In this document: one piece after another, positions 31,183 to 47,661 of the stretch
How the letters are laid out: each line of letters begins with the position of its first letter
Numbering within the stretch: the stretch's first letter is position 1
NCBI GenBank assembly: GCA_051047955.1
Contig: JBPGPT010000009.1
Coordinates: forward strand, 248,001-312,000
DNA length: 64,000 nucleotides
Origin: Cystobasidiomycetes sp. EMM_F5
Taxonomy: Eukaryota
Direction: 5' to 3'
Translations under genes and position numbers: made by a program
The notes under the pieces: model-generated
Database searches by the model: none
What the model saw: only the letters and a program-made list of their open reading frames with translations
Told to the model about the DNA's origin: nothing

Positions 31183-32991
31183 TTACTTCTTCTGCCTAGG
31201 AGGTACGGTTGGCCACACATTGTCCGCTTTGAAAATATCGATCGTCCGCTGAACTTCTGCAACTGTGATGCGTGGGTATCTCGGCCTCCACCCAGTTAGA
31301 CTTGTGGTTTTGGTGATGTCGAAATGGCAGCGGTGTTTGCGGAGAGCTACCTCAGTCAATAGGGCGTTAAGCGGTGTGCTGGTTATGGGTGGATTGGATT
31401 TGCTGAGCATCTCTAGCCATGGCTCAGAGTGCTTCTCCTCTGCAATATCGACTACTTCCAGCATGTTCAACTGCAGCGTGAAGACATTCGTTAGATCAGG
31501 CGCGAACATGAAACACCGCAATGTGCCTATTCTACCTTTGCAAGAGCGTTCGTAATTGCATTATGCTGTGTTTTGAGTTCATAGTTTAACTTCGACGACT
31601 GCAAAGATCACTCGGTGCCTTACATAATCAATCTTAATCCCGATGACTTGTTCGAGTACCTTGCCCAGTTCGCCTTGGGTGGAAGCGCTGCCATCCGAAA
31701 CGTAAAACATCGGGGCGCAGACTGTCTCCTCTCGCTTGACCAAATTTGGCACTTCTGCTGTATCCCACTTTCGAATCGTGCCACTATCACTGGGTGATCC
31801 ACCTTGGGTTGCTATCGGTCGACAAGGTGGAAGTGGAGCAGCTGCCAATTCTTCTGCCTTGCTACGGGTCTTGGCCGTCACCAACATCCATTGGGCAATC
31901 GCGTACAGCGCAGACGACATATCGTGGAGATGTAAGTGCTCACAGACCAGATCTGTGTGGTGACCAGGTTAGTCAAAGTCGGATGCCTGACGATGTAACC
32001 CTACCGACGTACCTTTGCCCCAGAGAAACTCCATCTTGGTACCGTCGTTCATGTATTTATAAACTGCTGCCAGTGTCAATCTTCTGTTGAAGCCGATTGG
32101 CGTGCCAGGACCCCATGGGTTGGGAAGTCGGACGACAACTAGGTTCAAGCTTCATTGCACGAAACGTCAAAACGGCTGGGAATATGATCCCGAGGACTTT
32201 TTAGCTGCTCACTCTTTCATAGCGGCTAGAGATCTTGCTCCCTCATGTACCCATACGGACCATCGATTTGTCGGTTTCCAATTTGCATCGCTTTCTTTCA
32301 TTGGGCACTGGCGAAGATGGCACAGGTCAGAGTCTGACCTGGTGTAAAGTTATGGCAAGCATACCTGTTTCTTGGGCTGCGTAATGTAAGCTGTGGTCGC
32401 GTGAGTGTATATTATTTAGTTTAGTGTCGCCTGAACAAGGCTGAAGGGCTCACGGTCTATCAGCGACAGATAGCATCCTACTCCGCCGTTCTTGAGCGCT
32501 TCCAGACCGCACAAGCGAACGAGGTTTGCGAGATTCTTCGACATGACGAACGGGTCGTTGTTAGTCTGCTGTTTGAACTGCAACATGCTATGTTTAATTA
32601 CCTCAATCATCACGTCATCCGAGTCCTCCGCCGTTGATGTATCGCCATGCAAGAAATCGATGACGAGGTCATAAGCCAGCTTTCCCGTCTCTTTTGGAGG
32701 AACGAAGGCTTTCTGTCTTGCTTCTGCGACAATGAGGTTTGTTTGAACGTATTCTACACCTTTGCCATACCCTTCCGTCAAGGCTGTACGCGCTGATGGC
32801 TCGACATAGCGTAAAAAGACGTTGTTCTGTGGGACGAGGAGAAACTTGTCGCATAGGCGGACGTGAGAGGCTCGTTTTACACCGTCATCGGTTCCCCACA
32901 GGTAGGCCAGACAAGCGGAGGCGAATCCCTGGCCCAAGCCTCCGAGCAGCAGCACAGTAGGGAGTGTATCGGATCCAGACGTTGCGGCCAT
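31183..32991 (-). CDS. Extended-SDR / NAD-dependent epimerase-like protein (multi-exon)
   Basis: N-terminal Rossmann-like VLLLGGLG; later exons contain HCRFDITKT..LTGWRPRYP; splice sites are consistent. Confidence 0.6.
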
Positions 32992-33787
32992 CTAGGATAG
33001 CTGCGACCGTGACTAGTCGATACTCAGCGGGATATATGTCAGTCCAAGCGACCGGAGGCTGTCAGTTTTGAGCAGAGGCAAGCCAAGATGGAGCTGCATT
33101 TGCAAGACGTTATACTGACTGCCGAGGGCAGTTGGAGCGTTCCCAGGGGTCGGAGAGCCGCGATCGCGACATTTTGATCTTGGGACCGGTTGCGGCTTGG
33201 TTTCGCACCCACCCGGTACTGATAATGGCATCTGGACACACTGCATCATAACGCTGCATTACGATGCTCCTTCTTCGTCTCCTTGTGCGAATTTGCATCC
33301 AATTCAACTCAAGGGCAGAGCATTAACGGTAAGAGGCCCGTCTCTGATTGACGATACGCACATACATGCACCGAATATGAGGAAGCGCACTGGGCACTGA
33401 TGCATCGCGGGGCACGTCCTCACAGCGGTGCGTCGATGAAACGCACAACTCGAAAGCCAAAGAGGCCGAGGCAGGCCTAGAAAACCTGTGACTGATTCAC
33501 GCAAACCTTCTCACGAGCCATTGGTCAGTTGTATGGCAGTATATCGGCACTGACTGCAGTTCTTTCTGTTTACAGGTCGCTGGACCGGACAGCGTAGAAA
33601 TACAGAGTCACTTACCGGTCAGACTTCACCACGCATTGCGCTGGCTATAGCATTTACCGTACACCGCGCTGCGTACATTCTGAATGCTGTTGTAAAGTAC
33701 AAAGTACCAATTCTGTCATTGTCTTGATGCAATGTCTTAATATCCTGTTTGAGACTTGAAAGCGACTCTGCTTGCTCCCCGCCCAAC

Positions 33788-35858
<2,071 letters not shown>

Positions 35859-36121
35859 TTTCACAAACGCATGTAGCGCTAGCAGCGGTGATGAGTCTGT
35901 TGTTGAGAAACTATCGAAAGGACAATCTGTGGGAAATAGTGATGCTGGAACTTCTGCTTATATGAATAAGTTCTACTCGGACAACACGGGACTGAACGAT
36001 ATATGCGCGTCCAGCCTACTTCTATCTGCAATGCCAATGACAAATACGAATAAGGAACAAATGGTATCGCGATACGGTTATATATACCAATAAACATTCG
36101 AATACGATGACGAAGCGAGCC

Positions 36122-37613
36122 TCACATGCAGAGGCCATCAAAGAACAGGTCTGAGGAAATACTGATATCAAGAGGAGTTCCAGCTGAGGGCGTGAAAGGC
36201 GCATTCCACTGATACTGATATTGTGACTGGTCCGCAATGACTGGACTTGTGACGAAAGCATTGGCGCAACTCTGCGGGAAGAAGGAGCTGCTGGCAGGTG
36301 GCAACGAAGGAGGTACGGCGCCAGTCAGCAGCGGACTGAAAAATTCGAATGTCCCCACTGAACCAGTAGCGGAAGAGGCAGTGAATGATGCAGACTCTAG
36401 GAGATTGACGTTCGTGTATTGCAGAAGCGGCGATAGGCTGTCTGCAGGATTAACAGGTGTAGGTGCAATGATAGGTGCAGGAATTGCACGAGGCGGGAAC
36501 GAGTAGGCGTGCAGTGAGGCCCGCTCCTGCATCAAGGCTCGAACTTCGGTCGAAACTTTACGCAGCTACATTGATAAGAGATCGGTTAATGAGCGTCAAG
36601 ATAGATGCATCTTTATTGGAGACTTACCAGTGCAGCGTGCGTACGCATGGTCTCGGTCCACTTTTCCAGTGCATTTGCTGCCCTTCTTAACGCAGCCATG
36701 TCTAGGGCATCTAGCATACGACTCTCGCCTGCCAAGGCTTTCTTGATCCACTTGTTGACCGCATTGTATTCTTGACCTTTCTTGTGCAGACTGGTGGATG
36801 TAGGTAAGGCGTACTTGTGTACGAAAAGATCAAGCTGATAAGCTGTCTTGCGCGCTCCTCCATAGTACCGCAAAGACGTTTGAGTCTAATGAGAAGTCAA
36901 CGAGATACAGGTGGGTACGGAGACGCGTAAAATTGTAAAATTAGAGTGCGAAGGTGTGTTGTATTTCAGGCGGTTCAGACGTACAGCTCTGAAAGTGGAA
37001 CAAACGCTCGAGATTCGGGAGGACGCAAGAGACAATTGCTTCGCATGCGCAGTCGGGGAAGTTGCTGGCTTTGGCCCATCAGAATAGGCCGATCCGGGAG
37101 ATGCCGATGTGGCGTTGGCCAATGCTTGCTCTATGGCATCGCGAAAGTCATTGTCTACGTGCCGTGCGCATTCGTCTAGCGCGTCGCCTGCAAGTGCAAG
37201 GGGGTCCACGGCGGATGCGACTGTTGACTCGATATTGCATAGCAAGGGCATTAAATTACTGTGCGATTGTGACATTGACCGGGACCCATGCGAATCAGCT
37301 CCACGTTGCGTCGTTGTGTCTGGACCGACTAGACTTACCTGGTATCTCGGCAGTCCTGTTCGAAAGCGACAAAGGTCTTCCAAAGAATGTCGGATGGATT
37401 GTGCTCCAGCAGAGTCTCGGGCGTTGGGGTGAGCACGGGGAAAGCCGTGACGGACTTGGATATAGAGCCACTACCATGACTGCTGCCGCTTGCTGAACGC
37501 CCTCTTGCATGCCCGCGCCCAGAAGAGACGGCTTTACCGCTGACCTTGCTGATCACGGGAGAAGAGTCTAGTCTTTGTATGGCCATTGGCCTGGCGTAAG
37601 GAGAGGTCATCAT
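36122..37613 (-). CDS. Hypothetical Ser/Pro-rich protein (multi-exon)
   Basis: Chain of minus-strand ORFs (37335-37613, 36886-37383, 36613-36873, 36122-36535) with splice signals. No family recognised. Confidence 0.55.
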
Positions 37614-38876
37614 GATGGAATGGAGTGATCAATGATAGGTAAGAGGTTGAAGGTTATCGAACAAAATGAAGAGGGGACGAGATGCCCGACCACCACTATC
37701 GAGCGGAGTTTGAGGTGAGGGGAGGCAAGTGCTGGGAGACAGTAATTTTCCTCAGCAGATGTAAGCAGCAGGAGAGAGAACCGTGATATCAAGCCGGGTC
37801 GGAGCGGAGCTTGTGGAATGCCAGCCGTCACAGTCGCATGCGCGAGGATCCGCTGATAGTGCCAGAGAGTCTGCGAAGACGGCAGTTATGGCAAATGCCA
37901 CAAGGATGTACAAACCGTTTTCAGTTGAGAGTAATTTCCCCTTGTCAGCGGTATCGGAAGGTCTGCGAACCCAACACTCTCAGTTGGTGACCATCTTGAA
38001 TCGTCAGTCAACGGGTCTGAAATGAGAATCCGGCAGAATTGCGAGCGCGAACATGCCAAGTGGCCCCCTTGTCATCGCAACCGTCGGTGCATGTACAGTG
38101 CACGTTGCAGCTGCGAGCGGAGATCCTTGACACACGGAACGGCTTCGCGCTAAAGGTCAGTGCTATATGGTTCCGCTCAAATGGGCGGAATAGCGGAGGG
38201 TACATTCGTGTCATTGTGTTGGACGCTGTAAGCTGTAAACACCACCAGAATCTGTGTGTCGCGGTGATGCATGCTGTTCATGAGGTCTTGCTCGCAACCA
38301 CGTCCCCGTTCTCAGCCGCACAAGGCTAAACCTATTCGCTCCACGACGTCAGCACATCAACTTCGCAGATACACGCGCAAACTCAGCAAGCTTCGTCAAC
38401 ATCGTTGCTGGCTGGGCTGGCAATTCGCGCTCCATCGCACCCCCTCGAGACTAATCGTCGCCCTATGTTTGTTATGCTTTGATCCGTTGCGCCGTTGCGA
38501 AATGCGAAATTGTCGCCGGCGGAATCCGAGTCCTGCGACCGAGCGTTGGAGGGCGAGAAGCACCGACAGCAGGCTGGACGTGACCCCGACGCGATGATTA
38601 CGGATGTTGGAGGCAGCTTGAAGTCGGTCTGGTGCAGCTGGGTGCAGCCAGTTGTTGCGGGTCCCTGTCACTAAATGCTCGGCAGGCATGCAACCGGCCC
38701 TGCCACACGGCTCGTTGACTTATTGTCTGGGTCTCGCGATGGCTTGTCGCAAGCCTGTTCAGATTCTATTGCTAACTCCCACCAACTCGCTAAGTTAACG
38801 TTCCATCCATTCTGACATAGCCCCACATTCGTTTCACTCACCGGCACTAAGATCATCATCCACACCAACAACAATC

Positions 38877-40331
38877 ATGTTCGCTATACCCACACTCATT
38901 TTTGCATTGGCAGCCATCGTACAGCCAGCAGCGGCCAGCCACTTTCAGCACAAACGAGCCGTCACGTTTACCCCAAACAAGCCTTCATCAAACGTCGCCG
39001 CAGCGACCGTCCCTAAATCTGCGCTGGTCTTTAGTACAAATACTTACCCAAAATATAGCTGCGTCGTCGCCATTGGTACGCTTGTTTGTACAGACGCGGA
39101 ATACTTCATAGAAGCCTGACGCAGATACTGTTCACAGGCGCTTCATACCAAGACAATGGTCATTCGCGACCGTCGCAATACAAGACTTCCTTGCAAGACC
39201 CGCCTTACGTTGGAGGTAGGTAAGTCCAGGAACTTGCGAGTACCCTTGGCGTGAGCACAGCAGCAGATCCCTTTGGTCTCACTGCAGGAAGACGAATGGA
39301 CCTGTAGGCCGTAGTCGACCGGCGATTCTTAGTAGTAGGCTGAATACTAGATATTGGCAGGTCATGGTCGAAAGTCTGTACGCCTTGACTAGTGCCAAAA
39401 ACTTCTACGACTACGCATACATTGGCGCACAGCTTGACAACAGTCAGACTGGGGGATCCGTGCCGGACACGAAGAGCCAAGTAGCAAGTTACATCAGTGA
39501 TTACAAGGGCAATAAGATCGTTCGTGGGTCGGATCGGACACTGAACGTATTTTGGGTGCGAGGCAATGAGCGTATTCGCAGCAAAATAAGAGACTGAATG
39601 GTTATGCCATACAGGCTGGTATTAACACAATCCTTGCTATATGGTACGATACAAGGGGATCGCAAGATCTGAACGCAGCTACCCCTCGCGTTACAGCTGC
39701 CATAAACGCTCTCGCCTCACAAATTCAGCAGATACAAGCAGCAAGTGATTCTCGAACCGACTTGGTCATCCTTCCGTGAGCGGATAAAAGTGATCTGCCC
39801 AAGAATTTATGCTGACACCGTGGCTACTCGCTCACAGCATTCCACCTCTCGAAACAGTCCCGAACCCATGGTATACCGCGAACGGCAACTCGAACCAGCT
39901 TGCTTTCCTTGGCAAACTCACTCAGCAGTACAATGATGGTGTAAGCAAAGTGTACAGCGAGGCAAAAAATCGTGCAGGATCCAGCGGTCAGCGCGTGTTT
40001 GGGTACGATATCTCGGGACTATGGCGCGACGTTCTGGCCTCCCCTTCCAAGGTGACTGCCCTGAATCACCTTATGCTCGTGCGTTGTCTGACACAATGTT
40101 GCTCGTCAGTACGGTCTATTGAACGTAAGGGATGCATGCTGGAACTCGGGCAACGGTGCTACCTGCTCAAACCCGTTAGTCTGGCCACCTTGGTCTGGGA
40201 TTTGTTGCTGACGACTCGCTGCCGGCAGTGCATCTTACCTTTATTGGGACACTCTACATCCTACTACAACTTTCATGAAATATATTGCTCAACAAGTTTG
40301 GGGCTACGTCAATACAGCGAAATACTTATAA
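38877..40331 (+). CDS. Secreted SGNH/GDSL hydrolase (CE16-like), copy 1
   Basis: Signal peptide; VVAIGASYQDNG, GRKTNGP, YDYAYIGA, FWAGIN, and YWDTLHPTT. Confidence 0.85.
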
Positions 40332-40961
40332 AAGTTCAATGCCATTGGAGGTCTAGTGTCGACGATAGTGGGCGAGCTCAATTTCGAGCTGTTTAGGCTG
40401 TACATATACGTAGTGCTCTTTGAGGTTTCTTCATTTGTGCTTTCATCGATTTTTACCGATGCGATGTCGAATTAAAGGGGGAATCTTTGGTCTATTCGCA
40501 TACATTCGATGATTCGAAAACGCCGTCATTGGACTTGGTCCCCTCTATTCGACTTGTGCGCTGCTCGGCGGCTTCTGCCAAGTCGCGACTCGGACTTCGC
40601 ATCGCACACGAACAGGAAGCTCCACCCATACTTCATCCAAAGGCAGATGCGAACCATGAACGCCGAACTAAATATGTAATACCTTTGAGCCCCGCCAGAC
40701 CTGCATGAATGCCGGGAGCTTTGCTTCAGTGCATCTAGACTGACTCCTGTCCCCGAACACGCCCGCGACTCAGCCGCACATTGCCTTCCAATGTCCAAAG
40801 TACGAGCACTGGAATCCTTATTTACTGTACTCCCGTCATCAATTGTGCAGCAGTGCCGCCCTTAGCAGCTCTTCCAGATTTAACCACCCATATACTACCA
40901 TCCACTACAGCTCGAACTTGAGCATATCTCCTGCTGTAAGGCAGCGACTTCACACCACAGC

Positions 40962-42355
40962 ATGCTGATTACTCCCACTCTCGTTCTACTCGGCTTCTTC
41001 GCCGTCTCCACCGCATTCGCCGAGCCTTTTGAGCGAGCTCGACGTTCACTATTGCCAAGGCCTGTTCCTCCTTTAATTCAGCAATACAGCAGTGTCGTTG
41101 CGATTGGTGAGAACAGCATCAGTCCGGCTTGGACCGAGTTGCTACCGTACTGACGTTACTTCTGTAGGTGCTTCATACCAGGACAACGGTCATCCACGTC
41201 CTGCGCCATATGGTCCGACTTTACGGCCACCTCCGTATGTTGGAGGCAGGCAAGTCGTCATTCTTCTTCCAATCATGCATGAAGGGCGAACGTCCTGACC
41301 AGATTGCTCCAACAGAACATCGAATGGACCGGTAAGCACATCTCACAGCTGGTGACCAAACGGGCAAATGGTAACGGAACATGCTTTCTCGAAGGTCATG
41401 GTAGAGTCTCTGTTCGATCTGAGCGGAGCGCAGAGCTTCTACGATTTCGCATACATCGGCGCTCATATCGATAATAGTCAAACCGGCGGCCTTGTTCCCG
41501 ACACGAAGCAGCAAATTGCCAACTACTCCTCACAGCTGGATGCAAATGCCGTAGATCTCGGCCGTAAGCGGACTCTGGACGTATACTGGGTAGGCTTGCG
41601 AGATGCTGTCTCTCCTGCTCGCACGAATCGTGACTGAGATCTAGATTCGCGTAGGCTGGAATAAATTCCGTCCTAGCCATTTGGTCCGACATCGAGAAAA
41701 CGCAAGATGTTCCTGGTGCTTCGAAACGCATAGTTCTGGCCATACAGTCCGTATCAGATCAGATTACAACACTACGTTCGTTGAAGCAGGGATGCGAGGA
41801 TCACGACCTACTCTTGCTACCGTGAGTCGTGTCTCGCTGGAGCAGATGCCAATTCTTGACGTAGTTCTTGGATAGTATTCCGCCAATCGAGACATCCCCC
41901 TACGCATCATACACTGCGCAGGGCAACGCAACGCAAATTAGCTTTCTCGGCCAGCTGACTCGACAGTTCAATGCTGGAATAAACAAGATCTATACTGACC
42001 TGAAGAAGCAAGAAAAACCGCACGGGCCGCATATATACACATACGACGTTGTTGGACTTTGGCGCGATGCAGCAATGTTCCCAGTCAAGGTGAGAAGAAT
42101 GAGAAGAATTGCGTTCCACGACACGTCCTGATGAATTGCAACATAGTACGGCCTCAAGAATGTCACCAGTCCATGCTTGGATTCTGTCACAGGCACAGTA
42201 TGTGCGGAACCGTACGCTCTCATGCTTTTATGGGAGGGAACCTGCGCTGACTTGGTCGCGACAGGGAAACATACCTCTATTGGGATGTTCTCCATCCAAC
42301 TACAAGCTTCGCTCGTTATGTAGCGAAACAAGCATGGGCCAGGATTCGGCCGTGA
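40962..42355 (+). CDS. Secreted SGNH/GDSL hydrolase (CE16-like), copy 2
   Basis: Signal peptide; GASYQDNG, RTSNGP, AGINS, and YWDVLHPTT; same intron positions as copy 1. Confidence 0.85.
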
Positions 42356-42960
42356 AAGTGTGCCAATGGGAGCCGCAGGAATGGACACTCATTCATCTTT
42401 CTTCATTTTCAGTCGACATCAGACAGTTGACAACACCCGTTTGTTGTAATTCGCTTTTCTTTTCGAGAAAGAAGTTAGTTTGAACACGTATATTTTGACA
42501 TCGTAATGAGTACGGTAGTATAATCGCAAGTAAATGCAGCAGAGAACCGTTGGATGTGTTTGCTATGGTATGAACCCTGCAGCTAGGTAGCGTATCTTGT
42601 CCTTTGAAAATTGGCGTTCCTGCTTGCACTCCATCTCTTCTCAGTTATGGCTTCTTCATGATCAACCTCCAACGTCCTCCACCGCACGTTATCAAGTAAG
42701 GCCGTGTTGCGGCCGCCTTGCCGTTCAAACGTACTTTGGCCTTTACGTGATCCCCTTGTGTAGTACGGTACATGCGGCCGTCACACCGTTTCCGAGTTTT
42801 CACGACACCGAGCTAGTCACTTCTAGTGCCCAAATGGAGGCAGACCATGGCTCACGACGACACGACCGCAGTTCACGCCTGATCCTCCTTGGCCTGTTTC
42901 TGCACTTCCATATCGACCTGTCTAGACTCACGTTCCGACATTTCCACATTCTCTTACAGC

Positions 42961-44334
42961 ATGTTGACTACAGTAATCACACTCCTTCTCTTTGAACTCT
43001 TCAGTGTCCGATTCGCACTCTCTCAACATTCGGAAATTCCTCGGCACCTACCCTCTGGGCGAGGATCTACCCGTCGACACTACAGCAGCGTCGTGGCCAT
43101 CGGTGCGAGCTTATGAATGCGACAGAACTGCCCTTGACTGATATTTACTCGCTTTAGGTGCCTCGTGGCAGGACAACGGCCACGCACGTCCAGCCCAATA
43201 TGCATCGACGTTGCAGCCAGCTCCTTACGTCGGTGGCAGGTGAGCGGTCATTGCTGTGTTCCGCATTGTATAGTAGATTGTGGTCGTAACCTACCTGTCT
43301 TTGTATTAGGAAGACTAATGGACCGGTGAGTCACCTTCCGTGTGATGCAGGAAGTTGCCCGAAGTCTGAACCTATTTCGAAAAGGTCATGGTTGAGAGTC
43401 TGTTCGATCTGACTGGAGCTAAGCACTTCTACGACTTTGCGTATATCGGCGCTCATATCGATAACAGTCAGACTGGAGGGACTGTGCCGGATACCAAACA
43501 GCAGATTGCCAACTACTCGAGCCAGATCGACGCAGGCAATCTGAATCTTGGGCACGGAAGGACCCTTGACGTTTATTGGGTAGATTGAGTCACATTCGTC
43601 TACGCATGGACTGATCGTTGTTCAGGTTGGCATCAATTCTGTTCTCGCTATATGGTATGACGAGGATAAAACGCAAGATGTTCAGGGTGCTTTCGCTCGC
43701 ATCAGTCAAGCCGTTGAATCCGCGGCCAAGCAGATTACAGAACTCCGTTCTCTGAATCATGGAAGGAGAAAGCATGATCTACTTATGTTACCGTATGCCA
43801 CGTTCCACTGCGAGCATTTGTGTATCAGGCTGAAGCATTGAGCAATAGCATCCCGCCGCTCGAAGTAGTCCCTAATCCTATATTCGCTGTCAACGGAAAT
43901 GCAACGCGGCTTCGATTGCTTGGGCAGCTGACCCAGCGATACAATGATGGAATCCAACAGATCTATCAGAGCTTGAAGACACAAGAAAAGGCGCGCGAAT
44001 CGCGTGTATACACGTACGATATAGTCGGGCTATGGCGCGATGTATCACATCTTCCTGGCAAGGTGAGAACCGATGGCATGCAAAGATATACGACTCTCTG
44101 ATCAGGCGAAATGCAGTATGGTCTGAAGAATGTCACAGGCGCCTGTTGGGATTCAGCCACTGGCGCGGTCTGCGCAGAGCCGTAAGCGACGGCTCCTTGT
44201 GAGCGAGATGCATATACTGATGTTGATGCTGCTCAAGTGAAAGCTACCTCTACTGGGACACTTTGCACCCGACCACAAGCTTCTTCCGCGATGTAGCTGA
44301 ATATGCATGGGCAAGGATCCGGGGCAAGGCCTAG
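42961..44334 (+). CDS. Secreted SGNH/GDSL hydrolase (CE16-like), copy 3
   Basis: Signal peptide; GASWQDNG, RKTNGP, VGINS, and YWDTLHPTT; same intron positions. Confidence 0.85.
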
Positions 44335-44636
44335 AAACCGCTTTCAGGAGCGGCTTATACATGAGGGCGCGTATATGGACAATATTTCATCCTTCTCTTG
44401 AAGTTTAGACTGGCGAGCGGCCGAAGTATGGTATGAATATAGTCGCGTCCGCATAGCATTGTGAACACATTGTCTTCGCATGAAGTAGCGTCAACGCTAA
44501 TATATATACCAATGACTGAATGAATTCGACCAGAAGAAGGTGTCGAGTGAGAATGTCCGCGTATTCTGCATCCTCTGTGGCGGATTTGCCATGAAAGCTA
44601 GCGTGCTGGTCGTACTTTAGCCGACTGTAACACATC

Positions 44637-45195
44637 ATGGCATTCCGACCTTCGTTGACATTGCTGAGCAAAGCTTCTCGCCTGCCTCTAACCAGCAAGC
44701 AGGGCAATAAGGATTTCTACAAAGGCGAGTCGACTCGTTAATCTCGAATTGATTAAAGGCTTCTAACCTGAAACAATACGCAGGGACTGGTAGGATGCCT
44801 GGCTTGGGTTCCAAAGCGCAAGGCCGGCATTCTAAAGGCAAAGGATCGTACGTCAAGGAAGTAGAAAAGATGCGATACTTTGTTGCGCCCAAGGGATGGC
44901 TCGACGAGGAGGGTCAGCTGGCGGTTCTACGTACCAGCCCAGTGCGTTCTCTCCATATTTTAAAGTCTGTTCAAGATCTGTCACTGATTGTCTGTGTTAT
45001 CTTGTGTCTCTCTTGCTGTTTCAGCTCAAGCCATATGTTTTTAGAGCCTCGGCGCCAGTGCCCCAAGACTGGCCTGTGGCAGCGGACAAGCCAGAGAAGG
45101 ATATGAGAAGCAAACGCGGCGGAATATACGGTCCGAAGGGCTTCGACGGGAACTACTACCTACAATTGGCTGAACTTAGGAGGAGCTCCCAATAA
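44637..45195 (+). CDS. MRPL27: Mitochondrial ribosomal protein mL41 (yeast Mrpl27)
   Basis: RLPLTSKQGNKDFYKGTG..GRHSKGKGSYV..MRYFVAP..LKPYV. Confidence 0.88.
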
Positions 45196-45418
45196 TGCGG
45201 ATCCGGTTTACATGCACCAGGAGCAGTTTCCGTCATTTTGAACATCTGCATCGCACTCTTTACGACACACTCTGTAGCCGCCCTGACTGTTGTTGACAAC
45301 ACTATCTCCTATGCAAAGAATGATTATAGGCTTGGATGCCGATGATTTGGTATGTGAAGATGTCAAGTGCAATGTAGCGAGCGAGTCGACTTGCCTACTG
45401 GTTGTACTGGCTGCTGCG

Positions 45419-47348
45419 TCACGGCCCTGGAGCGGCCTGCTGACCGAAGCGGCGGACAGCGCTGCGGAATTTGGCGAGATCGTCCGCAACGTCTTCAGCG
45501 CGCTTTTGCATTGCTGTATTCGTCACTGAACTCGCTTCGTAATGCTTGTCGAGCTGATTCAGGGTATGTTGGTACTGCTGCTGCATCTGGGTCTGCCAAG
45601 CTTTCAGCTCCTCCAGGGCGGTCTCTACATCTTCCTTGATTGTCAACTTTTCTCCTACGGCTTTGGTTACTAGGGTTCGATTTGTTGTCAGTTTAGAACA
45701 ACCTGGAGTGCGCTGAGGCAACTGACCAAATGACTGTCTGCTTCTCGCCTCATTCGCTTGTTTCTCCGAAAGTAAACGCAAGGCGTTATGCTCTTTGCGC
45801 AACAGCTTCATTTCCCGCTTGATGCCTTCACTCAGCGCTGCTGAACCGGCTTTGATGGCCGCATACTCGCTTTCTGCCTTTGCGCGACGTTCCTCTGCTT
45901 CCTTTACTCGAGCTTCTAATTCTTTTGTTCGCTTGACGCACTCTGTCGTATGCGCTCTCTTCTGCTCTTCTAGCTGACGCACAAGGCTCTCTGCTTGTCG
46001 AGCGCGCGTCACTGTCTCCTCCAACATCCGCTCCTTCCTCGTGATGGTCGTGCTAGCGTTCTGTAGTTCCAGCCGAAGTCTCTCCTTCGTCTCCTTGATA
46101 TCCTCTACTTGCCGCGTCATAGATTCGACAGCTCGTGCTGATGACCGTAATTGCGTTCGGGTGCTTTCTAGCTGCGCTCGCGAATTGGTCAATTCCGTCT
46201 GCAGATTCGTAATGACTTTGGAGGTATTGGACTGCGACGAGGCAATACGAGCAGCTACAAGTACCATTGGTTCATCTCAGCTCAGGGCTATTGCAGTACT
46301 GCAATAAACTTGTTGGCTAACCATGTCTCTCTGTGAAGCCAGCTGATGAACCAAAAAAAGGAGAAGAATTCGCACGCAGTCCAGCAGATTTCGGCCCATC
46401 TCTATTGTCGTGATCAGAGCTTTTCGTGAAACGCATAGACGGTGACACTGAGCGTGGTATGTGCTCGTTACTCGGAAACGGTAGCGATTGTGACGGAGCG
46501 CGTAGAGTAAGATCGTCATACCCGTTCGAATTTACGTGATTCGCCCGGGTGTCTTCACGAGGATCCTGCACTGCACTTTCTGTAGTTGGAGATACCCCAT
46601 CAACGCTTGGATGACCGTTGGCATCCGACACCTCTCTTTGCGGTGATCCTCCCCCGGCAAGTGTCGCAGCTGTTCCGACTCTTCCTTTCGCAATGACGGG
46701 CATAGGCAGCCGAGAGGTGCTTCCGTTACTGTTCTTGAGAGCGGTGCCGTCAGAACTACGCTGCTTCCGAATACCGGCGCTGAAACTGCGAGTCTTCGTG
46801 AGACTACTAGGCGAAGTCGGGCTACTCTCCATAACGCTCTGTAGATCTTCGTATCCGTCATCACGTTTGAGACTGTACACCGTAGGAGACGTCGTGGCTA
46901 GTGAGGACGGTGGCAGCCCAGGATAGCCAACTGTCGGACTTGCTGGATTGCTACTAGAGCTTCTTTTCCGTGCGTGACCTTGCTTTATGGATGGACTTTG
47001 TCTCTCGTCCAAAATCGGAGATGTCACGGTAGATGAAGCGCGTCGCGGTGACGCAGGGGAACCTGGAGCGGAAGCTGTTCGTGAACGACTGGAATTCGTG
47101 ACGGCAATACCCAAGCCTGTGGGCGGTAAGGAAGGTGATGTAGACGCATAGGTGCTCTTGGTGGGGTCACTCCTAGCCAGCCTTCGGCGCTGCTGTACAG
47201 TGCTTATCCGAAAGCCTTGCTCCTTTGCCTGTTCCAATGACGATTCGGCTTGGGACAGCTGGTTCCGGAGCCGGGCAAGCTCCATAAGCAGGTCATTCTG
47301 GGCAGACAGCGAGCTCGATATCGTCGACGAGCTGGTGAGGACGCTCAT
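45419..47348 (-). CDS. Ser-rich coiled-coil protein (She3-like C-terminal coiled coil)
   Basis: Low-complexity N-terminal half, then SKVITNLQTEL...LRLELQNASTTITRKERMLEE heptad repeats. Confidence 0.65.
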
Positions 47349-47661
47349 AGTACATGGGTGTCAATATCTCATGAGATCATCGTAGGATAAGGCGAAGACA
47401 ACAGGAACTAGACTTTTGAATGATGTTTAATAGTCGACGACGATACATTCGGTGCGAATGAAGGTAAGCGTCTCTCATATAGCGGCAGACTAGATCTTTA
47501 GGCGTACCAGTCGACCAGCTGCAGTGGAGAACGCATGTGACATTTGGATATAAATATCATATTGCGAGATTGTGCAGTGCAAGCATACGTAGGATACAAC
47601 GACAGCTACAGCTACAGACATAGCGTTAGATACTGCACATGGTTTGAAGTGCCCGTGAAGG

